Shown: positions 26,645-37,217, counted from the stretch's first letter. The stretch is 64,000 nucleotides of DNA from Oscillospiraceae bacterium (GCA_015069135.1 SVJE01000006.1:19643-83642); one strand, 5' to 3'. Program-made: numbers and translations. The notes: generated from the sequence alone by a model not told the origin.

Positions 26645-29608
26645 ATGGATATTATACATACAGTTGCTAAACAAAAGTGGGAGCTTAAATCAGGACTGGG
26701 CAATCATCGCTTTATTGTAAAATGTGAGGCAAGTCCTTATGTTAAAGCTGTGCTTCCCTGGCGTCGCCGTGATTTTGATTATGATGATACCGGGATAGTG
26801 GTAAAATGTACTGCTACAGGTAACTTTGTTTCAAATGTTTTCATAGAAAGCTCCTGTATGAAAGAAGGCAGGATTGTTTTTGAAGCTCCGGAATCAGGTC
26901 TTTATGAGATTTACTATATGCCTTTTAATTTAATAGATGAGCCTTGGTACAGCCCTCATACAGAATATCTGACCAGAGAGATAATTAAGCCGGCTTTAGA
27001 ATGGCTTTCAGGTAAGGCAATCGCTGAGATTAAAGAAGCGAAAGTTCTAAGATATGAAAGTCGCACGGAATTTGATTCATTTTACCCAATGGAATTTCCT
27101 ATGACTGAAGAAGAACGGGAACATTTTACAGAGAATAAACCTTTTACCTTGGTGGTGGAGTCCAGAGTTCGGCCCGTAAGAATGAAATACATGCTTCCGT
27201 ATATATGGCTGAATAAGTCTTATGAAGAGCATACTACACTAAAAGATACGGCCTGTAAAAATGAGCACTATGTATTTCAGATTGCTGTGGTGGCGGAAGA
27301 AAATCTTGAAAATATAAAGGTTAAGTTTAATCAGGAAAATTGCCAGTGCTTTAACCTTACAGGCAGAGATGTTGACGGTAAAATATTTGATATAAAAAAA
27401 GATGCAGCTGAAGGTGAAGTGGTTTCACTTTGGTGTGGCGTTGATTTAGAAAATTTTAATTTTGCAAGGGGAGAGATTTTTTCTGTTGAGGCGGAAGTTT
27501 CGGCAGATAATACTTCCTATAGTGAAAAAATAAAGGTTATTCTTAATATTACAGATGAAGAGCTACCTAATAACGGAGATGATGACCTGTGGCGTATGAG
27601 CAGGCTTTTCTGGCTTAATTCTGATATTGGCATAAATGATAATCCTGTTAAGCCATATAAGCCAATAGATATTTCAGAAGATTTAACTATGGATATAATG
27701 GGAAAAAAGTTGCGCCCGGGACCTATGGGGCTTCCTTCTTCCTTTGTTTCTCATTACGGCTACGACTGTCAGATAATGGATGAAAAAACAGAAATCCTTG
27801 CATTTCCAATTGAGCTTTTTGTAGAGAAAACTACGCCGGCTGTGAAAAAAAGGGAAGATATTTCTTTACACGGAGAAACTAAAAACAAAGTACATACTGT
27901 TATTTCTTCTGAAACTTTGAGAAATGATGTGGCTTTATGCGGTTCAATTGATTACGAGGCTGACGGGCATGTAGATTGTCATTTTGATCTGGAAGCTCTT
28001 GAAAAGGGCGAATATGTTTTCAGGTTAGCTATACCTGTGGCTAAAGATGCTGCCCGGATGATGATGGGTATGTGTTATCAGGGGGGACGTGTGCCTTCTT
28101 ACTGGGAATATAGCTGGGACGAAAGATATGTGGGAAATCAATTGTGGCTTGGTGGTGTAAAAGGTGGCATTCAAGTTAAATTAATGCCGGAAGATGATGT
28201 GTGGGGTAGGTCTGTAGCTTTCAATGCTCTCTGGAAACAAGGGGGTAAAATGTCAGTGAGAAAGACTGAAACTGCTGTTTTGTTCGAAGCCACTACAGGT
28301 AAGATTCCCATGAATAAAGGACAAAAAGAACACCTTCATTTTCATATTATAACTACACCTTTCCATCCCATTGATAAGGAGAGACATTTTAAAGAGCATA
28401 TTTATCATGTAGCTTGTTGGAATGAAGAACAGGTGCCGGATCTTAATAAAGCTAAAAGTTTAGGTGCCACTATGGTTAATCTTCATCAGGGTGGAGTTCT
28501 TAATGAAAATATTAATTATCCTTTTCTGGAGGCAAAGAAGCTTAAAGAACAGGTGGACAAGGCTCATAGTATGGGGCTTAAGTATAAGATGTATTATACA
28601 GTTCGTGAACTTTCCAATTATTGTGCAGAAATATGGGCCTTCAGAGCTTTAGGAGATGAAATATACGCACCTTGTTCTGAGTTTTCTTTTGTGGCGGAAC
28701 ATTTTACCAAGGAAAGAAATAAAGTGAAAGGGAAGGCCGGTGGTCCCTGGCTTAATGAACATCTGGTTGAGGGCTTTGTAGGGGCATGGCACCAGTTTTT
28801 ACATGACGGGGAATATGACTGTGCTGTGGCAACCCAACCTGTTTCAAGGCTTCACAACTATTACCTGTGTGGTCTTGACTGGCTTATTCGAAATGTGGGC
28901 ATAGATGGTCTTTATCTTGATGGTATAGGCTATGACAGAAGAATTATGAAGCGGGTTCGCAGAATTATGGAGGCTGCCGGTAAAAAGTGTGATATTGATA
29001 TTCACAGCGGTAATGACCATGATGTTGATTGGGGATATTTTTCTCCGGGAAATGAATATTTAGAGCATTTTGCTTATGCTGATTCTTTGTGGTTGGGAGA
29101 GGGCTTTGAATATGACAATATGTCTCCTGAGTATTATTTGATCGAATCTTCCGGTATTCCTTTTGGCCTTATGGGTGAAATGCTTCATGGGGGAGGAAAT
29201 CCATGGAAGGGTATGGTATATGGTATGACTGCCAGATTAGGTTGGCAGCAGGGTGGTCTTTCTCATGAAATATGGAAGATATGGGATCAGTTCGGAATTG
29301 CTGATTCTAAGATGATGGGTTGGTGGGATGATTGTTGTCCTGTTAATTTTGAATCCGATTATGTAAGGGCTACTTGTTATGTAAAGGATTCCGGTGATGT
29401 TCTGGTAGCTGTGGCTTCCTGGGCGCCTTATGATGGGAAATATATGGTGTCGGTAAATAAGGAGGCTCTAGGGATTAGTGGTTCTTATGATCTTTATGCT
29501 CCTTTTATTGAAGGTATGCAGGAAGAATGTCTCTTTAAGGAAGGTGAGTTTATTCCTGTGGAAGGGAATAAAGGGTGGATGTTCTACTTAAAATCGAGTG
29601 ATTTTTAA
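26645..29608 (+). CDS. Large cytoplasmic protein, possible TIM-barrel glycoside hydrolase (family not resolved)
   Basis: About 988 aa, no signal peptide. GGAG RBS before ATG 26645. No motif could be matched with certainty. Central block ...VNLHQGG...YYTVRELS.... Confidence 0.35.
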   Translation: MDIIHTVAKQKWELKSGLGNHRFIVKCEASPYVKAVLPWRRRDFDYDDTGIVVKCTATGNFVSNVFIESSCMKEGRIVFEAPESGLYEIYYMPFNLIDEPWYSPHTEYLTREIIKPALEWLSGKAIAEIKEAKVLRYESRTEFDSFYPMEFPMTEEEREHFTENKPFTLVVESRVRPVRMKYMLPYIWLNKSYEEHTTLKDTACKNEHYVFQIAVVAEENLENIKVKFNQENCQCFNLTGRDVDGKIFDIKKDAAEGEVVSLWCGVDLENFNFARGEIFSVEAEVSADNTSYSEKIKVILNITDEELPNNGDDDLWRMSRLFWLNSDIGINDNPVKPYKPIDISEDLTMDIMGKKLRPGPMGLPSSFVSHYGYDCQIMDEKTEILAFPIELFVEKTTPAVKKREDISLHGETKNKVHTVISSETLRNDVALCGSIDYEADGHVDCHFDLEALEKGEYVFRLAIPVAKDAARMMMGMCYQGGRVPSYWEYSWDERYVGNQLWLGGVKGGIQVKLMPEDDVWGRSVAFNALWKQGGKMSVRKTETAVLFEATTGKIPMNKGQKEHLHFHIITTPFHPIDKERHFKEHIYHVACWNEEQVPDLNKAKSLGATMVNLHQGGVLNENINYPFLEAKKLKEQVDKAHSMGLKYKMYYTVRELSNYCAEIWAFRALGDEIYAPCSEFSFVAEHFTKERNKVKGKAGGPWLNEHLVEGFVGAWHQFLHDGEYDCAVATQPVSRLHNYYLCGLDWLIRNVGIDGLYLDGIGYDRRIMKRVRRIMEAAGKKCDIDIHSGNDHDVDWGYFSPGNEYLEHFAYADSLWLGEGFEYDNMSPEYYLIESSGIPFGLMGEMLHGGGNPWKGMVYGMTARLGWQQGGLSHEIWKIWDQFGIADSKMMGWWDDCCPVNFESDYVRATCYVKDSGDVLVAVASWAPYDGKYMVSVNKEALGISGSYDLYAPFIEGMQEECLFKEGEFIPVEGNKGWMFYLKSSDF

Positions 29609-29618
29609 CAAAAAAGTC

Positions 29619-29652
29619 ATTGACAAAAGCTTTCTAAAAGATTATCATCCAA
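29619..29652 (+). promoter_or_regulatory. Sigma-A type promoter for CPA2 antiporter gene
   Basis: TTGACA, 17-bp spacer, TATCAT, about 35 nt upstream of the TTG start. Confidence 0.5.
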
Positions 29653-29686
29653 TACGATTTGTTTTATTTGAAAGAAGGCGTTTATT

Positions 29687-30979
29687 TTGTCATCGACAGC
29701 GACTATTTTATTAAGTTTATCTATAGCACTTTTGGCAGGACTTTTGTTGTCAAGACTTGCAAGAAAATTAAAACTTCCTGCAGTAACTGCATATTTGATT
29801 TCCGGTGTTTTAATCGGTCCATTCCTTTTAGGTGCAATTAATATTCCGGGTATAGGTATTACACATACTCAGTTGGAAAGCTTCGGAATCATTTCTGATT
29901 TGGCTTTAGGCTTTATTGCTTTTTCAATGGGTAATGAATTTAGACTTGCTCAGCTTAAGAAGATTGGTAAGCAGGCTACTATAATAGGTGTGTTCCAGGC
30001 TATATTTACTACTATAATAGTGGATGTGGTCTTAATCGGATTACATTTCATAATGCCTGATAAATTATCTTTATCTGCAGCCCTTGTTTTAGGTGCAGTT
30101 GCCACAGCTACAGCCCCTGCTGCCACATTGATGGTTGTTAAGCAGTATAAAGCAAAGGGACCTGTTACAGATATACTGTTACCTGTAGTTGCCCTGGATG
30201 ATGCTGTAGGTCTTGTTGTTTTCGCAATATCATTTGGTGTGGCAAAATCCTTGAATTCAGGTGCAATTGATGTTCTTTCTGTGGTGCTTGAGCCTGTAAT
30301 TGAAGTTATTGCTTCTTTGGCATTGGGTGCAATAATGGGTGCATTGTTTACATTTTGTGAAAAGTTCTTCCACTCAAGATCCAAACGTATGGCAGTTTCA
30401 GTAACTTTTGTAATGATGACTGTTGCTATTTCCAGCTTGAAATTTGAAGTGTTTGGTGTACATATTGGCTTTTCGTCATTATTGGCTTGTATGATGCTTG
30501 GTACAATGTTCTGCAATTTCTGTGAAGTTTCAGAAGAGTTAATGGACAGAGCAGACAGGTGGACAGCGCCGATTCTTGTTCTTTTCTTTGTTATAAGCGG
30601 TGCAGAGTTAGAGCTTTCAGTATTTGCTGACTGGGCTGTTGTGGTAATTGGTCTTGTATATATTGCTTCTCGTTCCGTTGGTAAATATTTTGGTGCAGGT
30701 ATCAGTGCAAGGGCATCTAAATGTGATGAGAATATTATAAAATACTTAGGTATTACTTTGCTTCCTCAGGCAGGTGTTGCTTTAGGAATGGCTATAAAGG
30801 CTACAGAGTTAGGCCCTGATGGTAATATTGTTCGTAACATTACTTTGTTTGCAGTTCTTGTTTATGAACTTGTTGGTCCTTATCTTACTAAGGTTGCTCT
30901 TACTAAGGCAGGAGATATTAAGGAACATGAGCGTAGTGACGCAAGAAAAGAGCATCTGGAGAGCAAGGCTGCTAAGTAA
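29687..30979 (+). CDS. Cation:proton antiporter (CPA2 / Kef-type Na+/H+ exchanger family)
   Basis: TTG start. About 12 TM helices. Na_H_Exchanger-like N-terminus LSLSIALLAGLLLSRLARKLKLP. Confidence 0.75.
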   Translation: MSSTATILLSLSIALLAGLLLSRLARKLKLPAVTAYLISGVLIGPFLLGAINIPGIGITHTQLESFGIISDLALGFIAFSMGNEFRLAQLKKIGKQATIIGVFQAIFTTIIVDVVLIGLHFIMPDKLSLSAALVLGAVATATAPAATLMVVKQYKAKGPVTDILLPVVALDDAVGLVVFAISFGVAKSLNSGAIDVLSVVLEPVIEVIASLALGAIMGALFTFCEKFFHSRSKRMAVSVTFVMMTVAISSLKFEVFGVHIGFSSLLACMMLGTMFCNFCEVSEELMDRADRWTAPILVLFFVISGAELELSVFADWAVVVIGLVYIASRSVGKYFGAGISARASKCDENIIKYLGITLLPQAGVALGMAIKATELGPDGNIVRNITLFAVLVYELVGPYLTKVALTKAGDIKEHERSDARKEHLESKAAK

Positions 30980-31000
30980 ATATTTAGTGTAAAGTAAGAA

Positions 31001-31037
31001 GGGCAGACTCGAAAAATATCGGGTCTGCTTTTTTTAT
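31001..31037 (+). terminator. Rho-independent terminator
   Basis: GCAGACTCG...GGGTCTGC followed by TTTTTTT. Confidence 0.7.
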
Positions 31038-31090
31038 TGTTAAAAGTGATATAATATGCTTATGGTAAAAAGAAAGGATGGGAAGATATA

Positions 31091-31483
31091 ATGAAACGAA
31101 TATATGATTTTCTTAAAAAAGCAGAGGTTTATTACTTAGCAACAACTGAAGATGATCAGCCAAGAGTAAGACCTTTTGGTACTGTAATTGAATTTGAAGG
31201 AAAACTTTACATACAGACCGGTAGAATAAAGCCTGTAAGTAAACAGCTGGCCATAAACCCAAAGGCAGAAATTTGTGCTTTTTGCGATGGTACATGGGTG
31301 CGTATTGCCTGTGAGCTTATAGAGGATGACAGTTACGATGCCAGAAAGGCTATGTTAGACAGCTATCCTAATCTTCGTGGGATGTATGATGAAAATGACG
31401 GGAATACACTGGTTCTTTACATGAAAGATGCGGTGGCTACAATAAGTGGTTTTGGTAAAGAAGATGTGGTTGTGAAGTTTTAG
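31091..31483 (+). CDS. Pyridoxamine 5'-phosphate oxidase-like FMN-binding split-barrel protein
   Basis: 130 aa. YYLATTEDDQPRVRPFG is typical of the PNPOx-like superfamily. Confidence 0.55.
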   Translation: MKRIYDFLKKAEVYYLATTEDDQPRVRPFGTVIEFEGKLYIQTGRIKPVSKQLAINPKAEICAFCDGTWVRIACELIEDDSYDARKAMLDSYPNLRGMYDENDGNTLVLYMKDAVATISGFGKEDVVVKF

Positions 31484-31507
31484 AGTGATATAATAGCTTT
31501 GAGTAAA

Positions 31508-31537
31508 AAAGGGTGCTGTGAGGCATCCTTTTTTTGA
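31508..31537 (+). terminator. Rho-independent terminator
   Basis: AGGGTGC-tgtgag-GCATCCT followed by TTTTTTT. Confidence 0.6.
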
Positions 31538-31644
31538 ATAAAATTGCCGTTATCGGCAAAAATAGAAATAATGTATGCCCTTGCAATATTGAAATCTTGC
31601 CGATGGTATGATATACTGATAACAATGATTATGGAGGTTGGCTT

Positions 31645-32553
31645 ATGAAGTTTTTATCCGTTAAAGAGGTGGCGAAAATATGGAACACATCTGAGCGAAG
31701 TGTTCGGAATTATTGTTCTACAGGCCGTGTTCCCGGTGCTTTCCTAACAGGTAAGACCTGGAGTATTCCGGGAAATGCCGAGAAACCTGAAAGAAGTAAT
31801 AAAAGTAAACCTGCACCGCAAACCTTACTTGATATATTAAGAGAGGAAAAGCGTAGCCAAGTTCACGGCGGTATTTATCATAAAATACAGATTGAGCTTA
31901 CCTACAACTCCAATCATATTGAAGGAAGCCGACTTACCCACGATCAGACACGGTATATCTTTGAAACCAATACTATTGGTATTACTGATGAAGGTATTCG
32001 TGTGGATGATATTATAGAAACATCTACTCATTTCCGCTGTATAGATGAAATTATTGAAAATGCAAAAGTACCACTTTCCGAAAAGTTGATAAAACACTTG
32101 CATTTTATATTAAAGACCGGCACAAGTGATGCAAAAAAAGAGTGGTTTGTGGTTGGCGATTACAAAAAACTGCCTAACGAGGTAGGGGGCAAGGAAACTA
32201 CACTTCCTGAAAATGTGTCGAAGGAAATGAGAAAACTTCTTGACGAGTATAACAGTAAGGAAAACAAAACTCTTGAGGATATCATAGACTTCCACGTACG
32301 GTTTGAGAATATCCACCCATTCCAAGATGGTAATGGTCGTGTTGGCAGGTTGATAATGTTTAAGGAATGTCTTAAATATGGTATTGTTCCGTTTATTATT
32401 GAAGATAAAATAAAAATGTTCTATTACAGGGGCCTTAAAGAGTGGGAGCAGGAAAAAGGATATCTTATGGATACATGTCTTACGGCTCAGGATACATTTA
32501 AAAAGTATTTAGATTATTTTAGGATAACATATAACAACGAAACTGAAGTGTGA
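31645..32553 (+). CDS. Fic family protein (AMPylator fold) with N-terminal excisionase-type HTH
   Basis: Fic motif HPFQDGNGRVGR. Candidate auto-inhibitory motif SNHIEG (S/TxxxEG/N, class II). N-terminal HTH_17-like MKFLSVKEVAKIWNTSERSVRNY. Confidence 0.8.
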   Translation: MKFLSVKEVAKIWNTSERSVRNYCSTGRVPGAFLTGKTWSIPGNAEKPERSNKSKPAPQTLLDILREEKRSQVHGGIYHKIQIELTYNSNHIEGSRLTHDQTRYIFETNTIGITDEGIRVDDIIETSTHFRCIDEIIENAKVPLSEKLIKHLHFILKTGTSDAKKEWFVVGDYKKLPNEVGGKETTLPENVSKEMRKLLDEYNSKENKTLEDIIDFHVRFENIHPFQDGNGRVGRLIMFKECLKYGIVPFIIEDKIKMFYYRGLKEWEQEKGYLMDTCLTAQDTFKKYLDYFRITYNNETEV

Positions 32554-32562
32554 GGAATGAAT

Positions 32563-35334
32563 ATGAAAGATACAGAACAACGTATAGCCGCAAAGGCATT
32601 TTCTGAATATTGGCAAGGTAAGGGATATGAAAAAGGTGAAAGTCAATCCTTTTGGTTGTCTCTTCTTCGTGATGTCTTAGGCGTTTCACAACCTGAAAAG
32701 TTTATTACTTTTGAGGAGCAGGTTCGTCTTGACCATACAAGCTTCATAGATGGTGTTATTCCTTCTACTCATGTACTTATAGAGCAGAAAGGACGAGGCA
32801 AGGATCTCAGAAAGCCTATTAAACAGTCTGATGGTACTCCTCTTACTCCTTTTCAGCAAGCCCAGCGTTATTCTGCTGTTTTGCCTTATTCTCAGCGCCC
32901 CCGTTGGATTGTGACCTGTAACTTTGAAGAGTTCCTTATATATGACATGGAAAAGCCTAATGGTGAGCCTGAACAGATATTCTTAAAAGACTTGGAAAAA
33001 GAATATTATCGCCTTGGATTTTTAGTGGATACAGGTAACGAAAATATCCGCCGTGAAATGGAAGTTTCTATTCAGGCAGGTAATCTTGTAGGTGTTCTTT
33101 ATGATGCTATTCTTAAACAATATAAAGACCCTGAAAATGAGGAAACTCTTAAGAGTCTTAATAAGCTTATAGTTCGTCTTGTTTTCTGTTTATATGCAGA
33201 AGATGCGGGCATTTTTGGCAGTCATACAAAGTTCCACGACTACATAAATTCTTTCCCTGCAAGTGGCATGAGAAAGGCTTTGATAGAGCTTTTTAAGATT
33301 CTTGATACTAAAACTGAAGATAGGGACCCTTATGAAGAAGAAATGTTGTTGGCTTTCCCTTATGTAAATGGTGGTCTTTTTGCTGATGAAAATATTGAAA
33401 TTCCTCAGATGAGTGATGAAATCCGTGATTTGCTTTTAAGAAAGGCCAGCGAAGATTTCGACTGGAGTGCTATCAGTCCTACTATCTTTGGTGCTGTTTT
33501 TGAAAGCACATTGAACCCTGAAACCCGTCGTAGTGGTGGTATGCACTATACATCCATAGAGAACATACATAAGGTTATTGATCCTTTGTTCCTGGATGAG
33601 CTTCGTGAAGAATTAGAGGAGATCAAAGATATTAAAGTTACTAAAACAAGAGACGGTAAAATACATCAATTCCGTGAAAAGTTAGGTAGCCTTACATTCT
33701 TAGACCCTGCTTGTGGTTCCGGTAACTTCTTAACTGAAACATATATTTCTTTACGTCGTCTGGAAAATGAAGCTATAGCTATTATGACTGATGGTCAGAT
33801 GCTTATAGATGTAAGTGATATTATTAAAGTTTCTATAGGGCAGTTCTATGGTATTGAAATAAATGACTTTGCTGTTACTGTTGCAAAGACTGCTCTCTGG
33901 ATAGCTGAAAGCCAGATGATGAAAGAAACGGAAGATATTGCAAGGGTGAACCTTGATTTCTTACCGTTAAAATCTTATGCCAATATTGTGGAGGGTAATG
34001 CTCTTAGAATTGATTGGGAGAGTGTAGTGCCGAAGGAGAAGCTTAATTATATAATGGGTAATCCGCCGTTTGTGGGACAGGCGATGCGTACGAAGGAACA
34101 AGCAAATGATATTCAAGATGTCTTTGCACCATCGCCAGCAGGTGGTAAGTTAGATTATGTTGCAGGCTGGTTCAAGAAATCGGCTGACATTATGAAAAAT
34201 ACAAAGATTCAGGCATCATTTGTATCGTCAAATTCGATATGCCAAGGTGAGTCTGTCCAATTGTTATGGGAAATGCTTTTAGGGGATGGTATTTTTATCA
34301 ACTTTGCTCATTCTACATTTTTGTGGACGAGCGAAGCAAAGGATAAAGCGGCGGTTATGTGTGTAATAGTTGGATTTTCTTATATTGAACGAAAACACAA
34401 ATTACTTTTTGTAGGAGAGCAATACAAGGTAGTAAACCATATAAATGGTTACTTGAAAGATGCACCCGATGTATTTATTAAAAATCGTAGCAAAAGTATT
34501 AATGCCGGTGGGGCAAAAGTTGTGCAAGGCAGTCCTCCAGCGGATGACGGAAGACTTCTTTTATCGGCAGAAGAACGTAGAATTTTGCTTGAAAAATATC
34601 CGGAATTAGAACCTGTTATTAAACCTTTTATAGGTAGTAGGGAATTCATAAATGATACATCATATAAACGATATTGTTTTTGGTTTGTAGATGAATCTCC
34701 CCATAAATATCAACATATTCCTGAGTTGATTGAACGATTCAATTATATTCGTGAGTATAGACTAAAAAGTCCAGTTGATAGAATACAAAAAACAGCAAAT
34801 AAGCCATATTTGTTTACCCAAAATAGACAACCAAAAACAGAGTATTTGATTATACCTCGTGTGTCATCTTCGAACAGAAAATACATTCCGATAGGATTCC
34901 TGCCAGCAAATGTTATCGCAAGTGATTCGGCTGTATTAGTTTACAATGCTACACTATATGATTTTGGTATTATTTGTTCGAATGTTCATAATGCTTGGAT
35001 GAGAACGATTGCTGGTAGATTAAAAAATGACTATCGTTATGCTCCGTCAGTGTACTATAATTTCCCATTTCCAATTGTTGAAGAAAATGACAAGGTGAAA
35101 ATATGTAAAACTGCACAAGCAATTTTGAATGCAAGAAAATTATATAAGGATAAAAGCTTGGCGGATATGTATGGCGATGCTATGTATTTATATCCTGAAT
35201 TATTGCAGGCTCATCAAGAAAATGACAGGGCTGTAATGAAATTGTATGGTTTTGATATTAAAACAACAACGGAATCTACCTGCGTAGCAGAGTTGATGAA
35301 GATGTATCAAGAATTGGTGAAAGAGAAAGGTTGA
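32563..35334 (+). CDS. MmeI-family type IIL restriction-modification enzyme (endonuclease + N6-adenine MTase + TRD in one chain)
   Basis: Blocks match MmeI: PD-ExK-like D...EQKGRGKDL, AFPYVNGGLF, HYTSIENIHKVIDPLFLDEL, SAM site LDPACGSGNF, catalytic NPPF. About 923 aa. A 4-nt gap separates it from the Fic stop. Confidence 0.85.
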   Translation: MKDTEQRIAAKAFSEYWQGKGYEKGESQSFWLSLLRDVLGVSQPEKFITFEEQVRLDHTSFIDGVIPSTHVLIEQKGRGKDLRKPIKQSDGTPLTPFQQAQRYSAVLPYSQRPRWIVTCNFEEFLIYDMEKPNGEPEQIFLKDLEKEYYRLGFLVDTGNENIRREMEVSIQAGNLVGVLYDAILKQYKDPENEETLKSLNKLIVRLVFCLYAEDAGIFGSHTKFHDYINSFPASGMRKALIELFKILDTKTEDRDPYEEEMLLAFPYVNGGLFADENIEIPQMSDEIRDLLLRKASEDFDWSAISPTIFGAVFESTLNPETRRSGGMHYTSIENIHKVIDPLFLDELREELEEIKDIKVTKTRDGKIHQFREKLGSLTFLDPACGSGNFLTETYISLRRLENEAIAIMTDGQMLIDVSDIIKVSIGQFYGIEINDFAVTVAKTALWIAESQMMKETEDIARVNLDFLPLKSYANIVEGNALRIDWESVVPKEKLNYIMGNPPFVGQAMRTKEQANDIQDVFAPSPAGGKLDYVAGWFKKSADIMKNTKIQASFVSSNSICQGESVQLLWEMLLGDGIFINFAHSTFLWTSEAKDKAAVMCVIVGFSYIERKHKLLFVGEQYKVVNHINGYLKDAPDVFIKNRSKSINAGGAKVVQGSPPADDGRLLLSAEERRILLEKYPELEPVIKPFIGSREFINDTSYKRYCFWFVDESPHKYQHIPELIERFNYIREYRLKSPVDRIQKTANKPYLFTQNRQPKTEYLIIPRVSSSNRKYIPIGFLPANVIASDSAVLVYNATLYDFGIICSNVHNAWMRTIAGRLKNDYRYAPSVYYNFPFPIVEENDKVKICKTAQAILNARKLYKDKSLADMYGDAMYLYPELLQAHQENDRAVMKLYGFDIKTTTESTCVAELMKMYQELVKEKG

Positions 35335-35645
35335 TTAGATAAGAGCAAAAAAAGTGTAATATATTAAGCGAGAAAGAAATTTTTTTAGTTAAAAGTTAAG
35401 CAGTTAAGCTTTATTTATTACTTTTGAATGTAGTCCTATATTTATAGATACATAGGTTGTGCTCTTTTGGATTTTTCGTACATTCAAATTCAATTGGACT
35501 AGAAGAGTTTCATAGCCGTAGACACAACACAAGCAAATGTCAAATGATATGTATGCATGAGTAAGAAATATTATGTTGAATTTAAAAGTATAATTTCTTC
35601 ATTTCTGTGGTTTAAATTTATACGCTTGAATCCAGTAGAAAAAAT

Positions 35646-35682
35646 GTTGAGACAAAAGATTGTCTCAACATTTTTTGCTTTT
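35646..35682. terminator. Bidirectional terminator
   Basis: GTTGAGACAA-aagat-TGTCTCAAC with an A6 run on one side and a T6 run on the other. Confidence 0.65.
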
Positions 35683-35691
35683 AGACCAATA

Positions 35692-36618
35692 TTAAGTATC
35701 AAGTTTGCTTCCGTACACTGTAACATCTAACTCATTGTCGCTCAATTGCAATGCTGAATATTTATTAGTTACTATAGTTTGATACTGTTTGAGAAGATTT
35801 TCATTCTTTTCTGAAAAATCTTTAATAATTTCTAATGCACTGCCGTATTTCTGAATTAATTGTTCCCTGACCTTTTCTTTTGCTAAAGGCCTTATTTCTT
35901 TTTTTGTTGTATTATCATAATAAGCCGCATCATCACAAATGTTTTGAACTATTACGCTTCGCAGATAATTATCCACTGTAAATTTAAAGTTTTTTTGCAC
36001 TATTTCTTTTGGGATTAGTAAGTGACTTTTCCCTTCCACGACTAATGAATGTCCTGTGTATTTTTCCCAATTATGTGTTTGATAGCTCCAATAATATCTT
36101 TCGTCTGGGCACATAGATGTTTTTATTTTGTACTTTTGACATATTTTAAGTGTGAAGTCAGAAAGTTCTTTATATAACACGTTTGTTATTAAATCCGACA
36201 TACCGTCTTCGGCAAAGTTGGGGACAAATAGTACAAGTTCAAAAATTCTCGATATTTTGATTCTTTTTATATAATCCTCAACTCCACTAAAAATTTTCAT
36301 TAGCCCATCATCGGTGTTTCCGTGCCCGTATTTATTTGCATAGCCCATGTGTGAATCATTGATTTCCTTTGCGTGAGATAATAAGTCTTTTTTTCTTGTA
36401 TTATCATTATCTATAAAGTAAGCCTTATAAAATTCCTTGAAAAAATCATCCAATACGAGCTTAGCCTTTGTGCAAAAATCTGTTTTTCCGACTTCGATTA
36501 ATACTGGGTCGATAAATAATCTGATGTCTCCGGAAATATTTGAGTTTACAAATTCGATATCCTGATGGGAAGGTGAATTTTCTTTGATTAAAATAGAACT
36601 TATTTTTTTGTTAAACAT
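35692..36618 (-). CDS. Hypothetical protein (orphan, in AT-rich island)
   Basis: 308-aa ORF in the most AT-rich part of the window. No recognisable motif. Flanked by a terminator and island genes. Confidence 0.4.
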   Translation of the reverse strand: MFNKKISSILIKENSPSHQDIEFVNSNISGDIRLFIDPVLIEVGKTDFCTKAKLVLDDFFKEFYKAYFIDNDNTRKKDLLSHAKEINDSHMGYANKYGHGNTDDGLMKIFSGVEDYIKRIKISRIFELVLFVPNFAEDGMSDLITNVLYKELSDFTLKICQKYKIKTSMCPDERYYWSYQTHNWEKYTGHSLVVEGKSHLLIPKEIVQKNFKFTVDNYLRSVIVQNICDDAAYYDNTTKKEIRPLAKEKVREQLIQKYGSALEIIKDFSEKNENLLKQYQTIVTNKYSALQLSDNELDVTVYGSKLDT

Positions 36619-36675
36619 TGAATTTCTCCTTTAATAAAATTCCGCTCCCTGCTTTTTACAGAGAGCGGTGTGGTT

Positions 36676-36885
36676 TTAACCAAGATTGTTTTTTGCTTTG
36701 TTATCGGGTTTACTACACGGAGTTGGAATACCGTTTATATTACGTACATAGTAATCGTTATAGCCCCCAGCTTTTATCTTGCGAACAAATTGCTGCCTGG
36801 TCATATCATTTCCGGTTACATTGTCGTGAAAATGTGTATTTCTTCCGGTGTCAGATTCCCGAGTAACAGTGACTCTTTTAATCAT
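36676..36885 (-). CDS. Small conserved protein, DUF3892-like
   Basis: 69 aa, AAAGGAG RBS. THFHD...YNDYYVR...DNKAKNNLG resembles the DUF3892 family. The overlapping plus-strand 82-aa ORF lacks an RBS and looks non-coding. Confidence 0.4.
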   Translation of the reverse strand: MIKRVTVTRESDTGRNTHFHDNVTGNDMTRQQFVRKIKAGGYNDYYVRNINGIPTPCSKPDNKAKNNLG

Positions 36886-37217
36886 TACACTGCGCTCCTT
36901 TTCTCGCCGGTAGCATAAAAATAGGCATTGAAATTCAATGTGTTTTATGGTAACATATCTCTTGTCACGGGGATATGCGTTGGCTCAGCCGGCGTATTCC
37001 TATTATGAGTGAGCTTACGCTCGCTCTTTTTTTATTGAAAGAAGTAGTCCTTCAATTTCTTAATTATTATATAACTGATACGTATATCCTGTCAAGTGGA
37101 TTTTACGATTTTTTCGTAAAATGAACGACCGAAAGCGGGAACGTTAAATATTATTTGATTTCCTATTGCATTTTTTTCGTGAATGGGCTATAATTTATTT
37201 CGTTAGGAGTGACGAAT

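Noticed and set aside
35400-35490. TTTGAATGTA ... TACATTCAAA inverted repeat with a 46-nt loop in the AT-rich spacer
   Set aside because: A single low-complexity AT-rich occurrence, likely chance in 30% GC sequence.
36618-36866. 82-aa plus-strand ORF overlapping the DUF3892-like gene
   Set aside because: No RBS and a Cys/Tyr/Arg-rich nonsense composition. The minus-strand ORF has an AAAGGAG RBS and family-like motifs.
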